This document shows, piece by piece, positions 60,106-64,000 of a DNA stretch of 64,000 bases; the first letter of the stretch is position 1, and every line of letters begins with the position of its first letter. This stretch comes from Podarcis liolepis (Eukaryota): the NCBI GenBank assembly GCA_965112155.1, contig OZ218106.1; one strand, written 5' to 3'. The notes under the pieces are model-generated. The model saw only the letters and a list, made by a program, of their open reading frames with translations, ran no database searches and had not been told where the DNA came from. A program made the position numbers and the translations under genes.

Positions 60106-63062
60106 ATAAACGACTCATTTTAAAGCAATGCTAGTTGAAACTGAAGTATGTTGATTCTCTGACCTCACTGAACAAGTTTGTTATGAGGTTTAAAGCACCA
60201 CAGAAGAACCTGTAATCACACAGCATTCTTGTCCTCACTCAGGGTTTCTCCTGCTACAAGCACCTAGGGTAGAACAACCTGAAGTCAAACAAGAGGATGA
60301 TGGGCAAAACCAAACACCTGATGAAGTACTTTCATCAGGCCCTCTGACTGGACCACTTGAGCATCCTTATGTATATCAACTTGACAATCACTTCCTAATT
60401 CTTCTGATTAAGAGGGCTTTTTAAAAAAATCATCACTCATATAGCATTTTTAATGTGCTACGGGCTTTAGCATCCTTGTTTCATTCATCCCACAACCACA
60501 GTGGGAGAAGAATGATGCTCAGTAAGCAAGGGAACCAGCTATAGAGGGAAGAATGGGCTTCAACCCTCTCAATATTTCAAGGCAGGGTGTTGAGACCCCA
60601 CCCAATATTGAGGGAACTCCCATCCCCCGCTGCCCCCGGGCAAACACCAGCACACCAGGCAGAAGGGCTGGGAAAGCAATTTTCACCCTCCACACCCCAT
60701 GCCACAATCGCCAGTGTGTCTCGAAAGCTGCCCACACATCCTGGCAGGTGTGGCCCAATAAGGGGTGGGGCGCCACATGTGTGCTGCTATGCACACAGGA
60801 CAGCCCCCCGGTGTTGTGCCCCACTCTGTGTGCCTGCCTCAAGTCAGTGTCGGAGGTGCAATTTGGATTCAGCTTTCCCAGATCACAGATGTGTGTCCAT
60901 CAGTTCACTTGTGGTTTCAAGGAAGCAACAACAACAACAATCTGTAGGGCAATGTATCTTCCCCACAATGCTTTCCACCCTATAAATACAGTTTGCTCTT
61001 CAGGACTAAACATAGATGGTGGCGACATCAGCAAAACAAGATGGCACCATAACCTGTTGCTCTTTTAACGTTTGGAAATAAGGCACATTGTTAATGTCTA
61101 AACACAACACGGCACTTGAATTTCTGCTGCCCCAGATAATTTGCAATGCGCAAGACACTTTCCAGCTTCCTCACTTATTTCAGTGGAGAAGCTGCACAGC
61201 TCTAGGAACGCAAAGCTGCAACACAGAAGCTCCACAGAAGTGGAGCTCTGTTTCACTGCAAATGTGTTTATAACTGTAGTTTAACTCAAATATATGCCAG
61301 TAAGACTCTAGATGTACAATGTATCTATGAATTACCTATTTCATTCCCTGCAGTTAACGCAATTGTTTCTCCTTCATTGTTTTTGTTGTCCTACCTTTGC
61401 CATGTAATTGGTAAGGAATAACAGTATTACAGGTCACCCCGACGTCTGCCGAGTGGGAACAAGATTCCAGGGTCTTTGCTCTCCACCAGGGTTTGTGCTC
61501 CTTTGGAATGAGGCATGGCAGAGACTGGAGTGTCTTTAATATGGTTTGTTTACACATATTTACACCTGAGTTTAGGTGGAGGAAGTGTAGACCACAGGGG
61601 CATAGTATGGGGGGCTGTGGCCCTGAGCGTGAACCAGACACCCCAGCACAGCATGGCCCGGGGCTTCCCTCTGCTCACTGAGAGCCATGTCAGCTGGTGG
61701 GGTCCCCCCTGTGTAGGCAGGCAGGGGGCTCAGCTTAGGCCCACGTGGCTCTGGTGGGGTCGTTCTAGCGTCAGTGGCTAGGCTGTCACCCCACCCCACC
61801 CCCCACCTAGCACATGGCTGCCCCAGGCACCAGCAACCGATGCTATGCAACTGGTAGAACATTATATCCCAATAGTGTCTTCTGTTGCTCTCTTCATAGC
61901 TTCAGCCCGCTTGAGTCCAATCTCTCAGTGCTGCCTCTCCCAACCAGCCCCACATGATGTCCTGCCCCTCCCTTCTTCTCAAAAACCCTTGCTCCAAAAG
62001 CAACTCAAGCCTGGTGTAAAAGGGCATCTTTTTTCCTGTGGTGACATCATGCCCCTCTGTAACCCTGGCAACTTTCCCCTCCCAACTCTGCTATTGTCTT
62101 TTGCTAACTAACACACAGCTAGGGGAGGAACTCCACCCTGCTCCTTGTCTGACACTGAATGTGCCACCTTTTCTCAGGGTAATGACTGCCATCAGCCGTC
62201 TTTGTTCTTTCATGGCATCTGTCAGCTGATCTCTTGAACAGGAGAACAGTGTATTCTTACACTGCACATGTTCCCTTAATACTCCAATACTCCCTTAAAA
62301 CTCCAGATATTAATTACATCCTACCATTTGCTAAATCAAGAATTTTGAGGCATCTGGGCCCTCTCTCATACATTCATAATAATAATTTCATCTTCCTGGG
62401 GGCTTATATCAAAGTAACTCCAGTAGCAGACACTAGGGTCACTATAAAAAGTCTTTATTTTCATACGCAACCTTTTCAGGATTCCTTGACTCTATCCACC
62501 TGATAGTGACAGAGTACACATGACTCTGTATTTTATTTATTTAGGCAGAAATTGCATTTTCATTTCCCTTCCTTTCAATCTTTTAATTAAATCTTTCAGG
62601 AAACAAAAACAAAAAGTTGTGGATGTCTGCATTTCCACCCTCGAACGAGCATCTTAGGTTCCAGGACACAGAGTGCATTGCACATTCTGATCAGGCCATT
62701 TCCATTGTACTTAGGAGTGGGGAGTTTAAAATTCATGAATGTTGCAAGGGAACGGACAGCGTGTCCACATTGTACAGCCTTTAACATGTGCAGAACTCTG
62801 TGATCATAGCAGCATGTGAGGTGGTAGTTTAATGATCTGCAGCTATAGCATTTATTCAAAGCTTTATGGGGGAGGCATAATTATGTAATAAAAATCCTGT
62901 TTCCCTAGTATTCTCCCTCTTCCAAATGAATAATATATTCTGCTGCAGTGGGGCTTTTTAGGATTGCCAGTGGCTAACCCCCTTTGCATTATGCTTGCTG
63001 TCAACTTCCTTCAGCAGGAGAAAGCCACAGATCACACCTCATGTGCAAGCAGCTGTTTAACC

Positions 63063-63094
<32 letters not shown>

Positions 63095-63107
63095 CACACA
63101 CACACAC
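63063..63107. repeat. (TG)13-CGCG-(CA)7 self-complementary microsatellite
   Basis: Read directly. Confidence 0.95.
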
Positions 63108-64000
63108 CTTTAACACTGATTTTGTTTTTGATATACAAGTTTTCTGATATACCAGATTTGCACAAAAGAGGCACACACAGGCACACACATGTGTGTGATT
63201 CCAGTCCAAGAAGCCTGTGGTCAGTAGCATTTATGCACAGTGACTGTTTTGAAGATACTGCAGCAGGTAGATAAAGGAGCAAGCCCCCTACCATCAAAAT
63301 AAATAAATACTTAATAATTATAATACACATCATGCACAACCTAAATTAAAGTACACATGTAGTTAGCTTTAACGCCGTAGATCCAGCTAGTACAAGACTG
63401 AAGGAGGGAGTTAAACGGGTCTGCCCAGGGCAGTTCAATGTTTAGCACAGCAATTATGTTAACTTGGGAAAATTTTGTGAAATCAGGATCTTTATGGGAA
63501 GGACATGCAGGGGGAAATAAAATGCTGAGAGAAGGTAATGCAACACACAGTGGACAAAAATGGGGGAAACACTTCATGCTAAGAAATAGAAAATTAGAAA
63601 GCTGAAGCTTATGAATGGCCCCCCACCCCGCGCCACTCTGGCCGCATGCTTTAAGGTTGCATGGAGCCAAAGGAATGTATCTCTAGGAAGACAAGGAGGA
63701 AAACTGGATAGAACAAGTTTTGGGCAGTGTTGCAGCTTGTGGAGGGTGAGGAGCAGCAGTTTCAGTTACAAATTCAAGCAGCAGCAAACCCATTGCTTTT
63801 ACTCTGTGTGGCAAAAAGGCTCAGTGTGGAGGAGTTAACTAGAGGCTGAGGGCTACTGAGGAAACCACAACAGCAAGCAATATTTTTAGTTTCTCAGCAG
63901 ATGCATCGAAGGATTGTACATTCATGTTTACACAGAACAGGATAACTTGCCAAACTTTTGGCATGGCCAAAAGAGGCTGACATGGAAGGCAGATCAAGCT

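Noticed and set aside
60194-60424. Stop-free plus-strand frame (...VEQPEVKQEDDGQNQTPDEV...) with hairpin CCTGATGAA/TTCATCAGG
   Set aside because: No start codon, no good donor, and the length is within chance range. The CTGATGA has no downstream GAAA box, so it is not a hammerhead.
1-64000. CRISPR arrays, operons, rRNA, known miRNA/snoRNA genes or endogenous viral coding sequence
   Set aside because: This is vertebrate non-coding DNA with no repeat-spacer array and no RNA gene or viral protein that I recognise. A database search could still find diverged cases.

Overview
64 kb of non-coding squamate genomic DNA, most likely a lacertid lizard (Podarcis/Lacerta-like), judged from a POM-type Sauria SINE, squamate BovB LINEs, Squam3-like SINEs and many hAT and Tc1/mariner MITEs. 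I find no intact protein-coding gene. Apart from BovB and L2 remnants, the ORF track looks like chance ORFs. The best-supported discovery is missed by the ORF track: a full-length processed pseudogene of ERH (enhancer of rudimentary homolog) on the minus strand at 59226-60105. It has both UTRs, a poly(A) signal and tail, a 16-bp target-site duplication at a TT/AAAA L1-type cut site, a CpG-rich 5' UTR and a later MITE insertion in the 3' UTR. Between the repeats are unique blocks dense in Pbx/Hox, Meis, POU, CTCF and NKX/GATA motifs, plus three weak minus-strand exon candidates. This pattern suggests a large intron or gene desert of an unidentified gene. I do not see convincing evidence of a new multi-gene system. 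Repeat family names come from recall, not from a database search.
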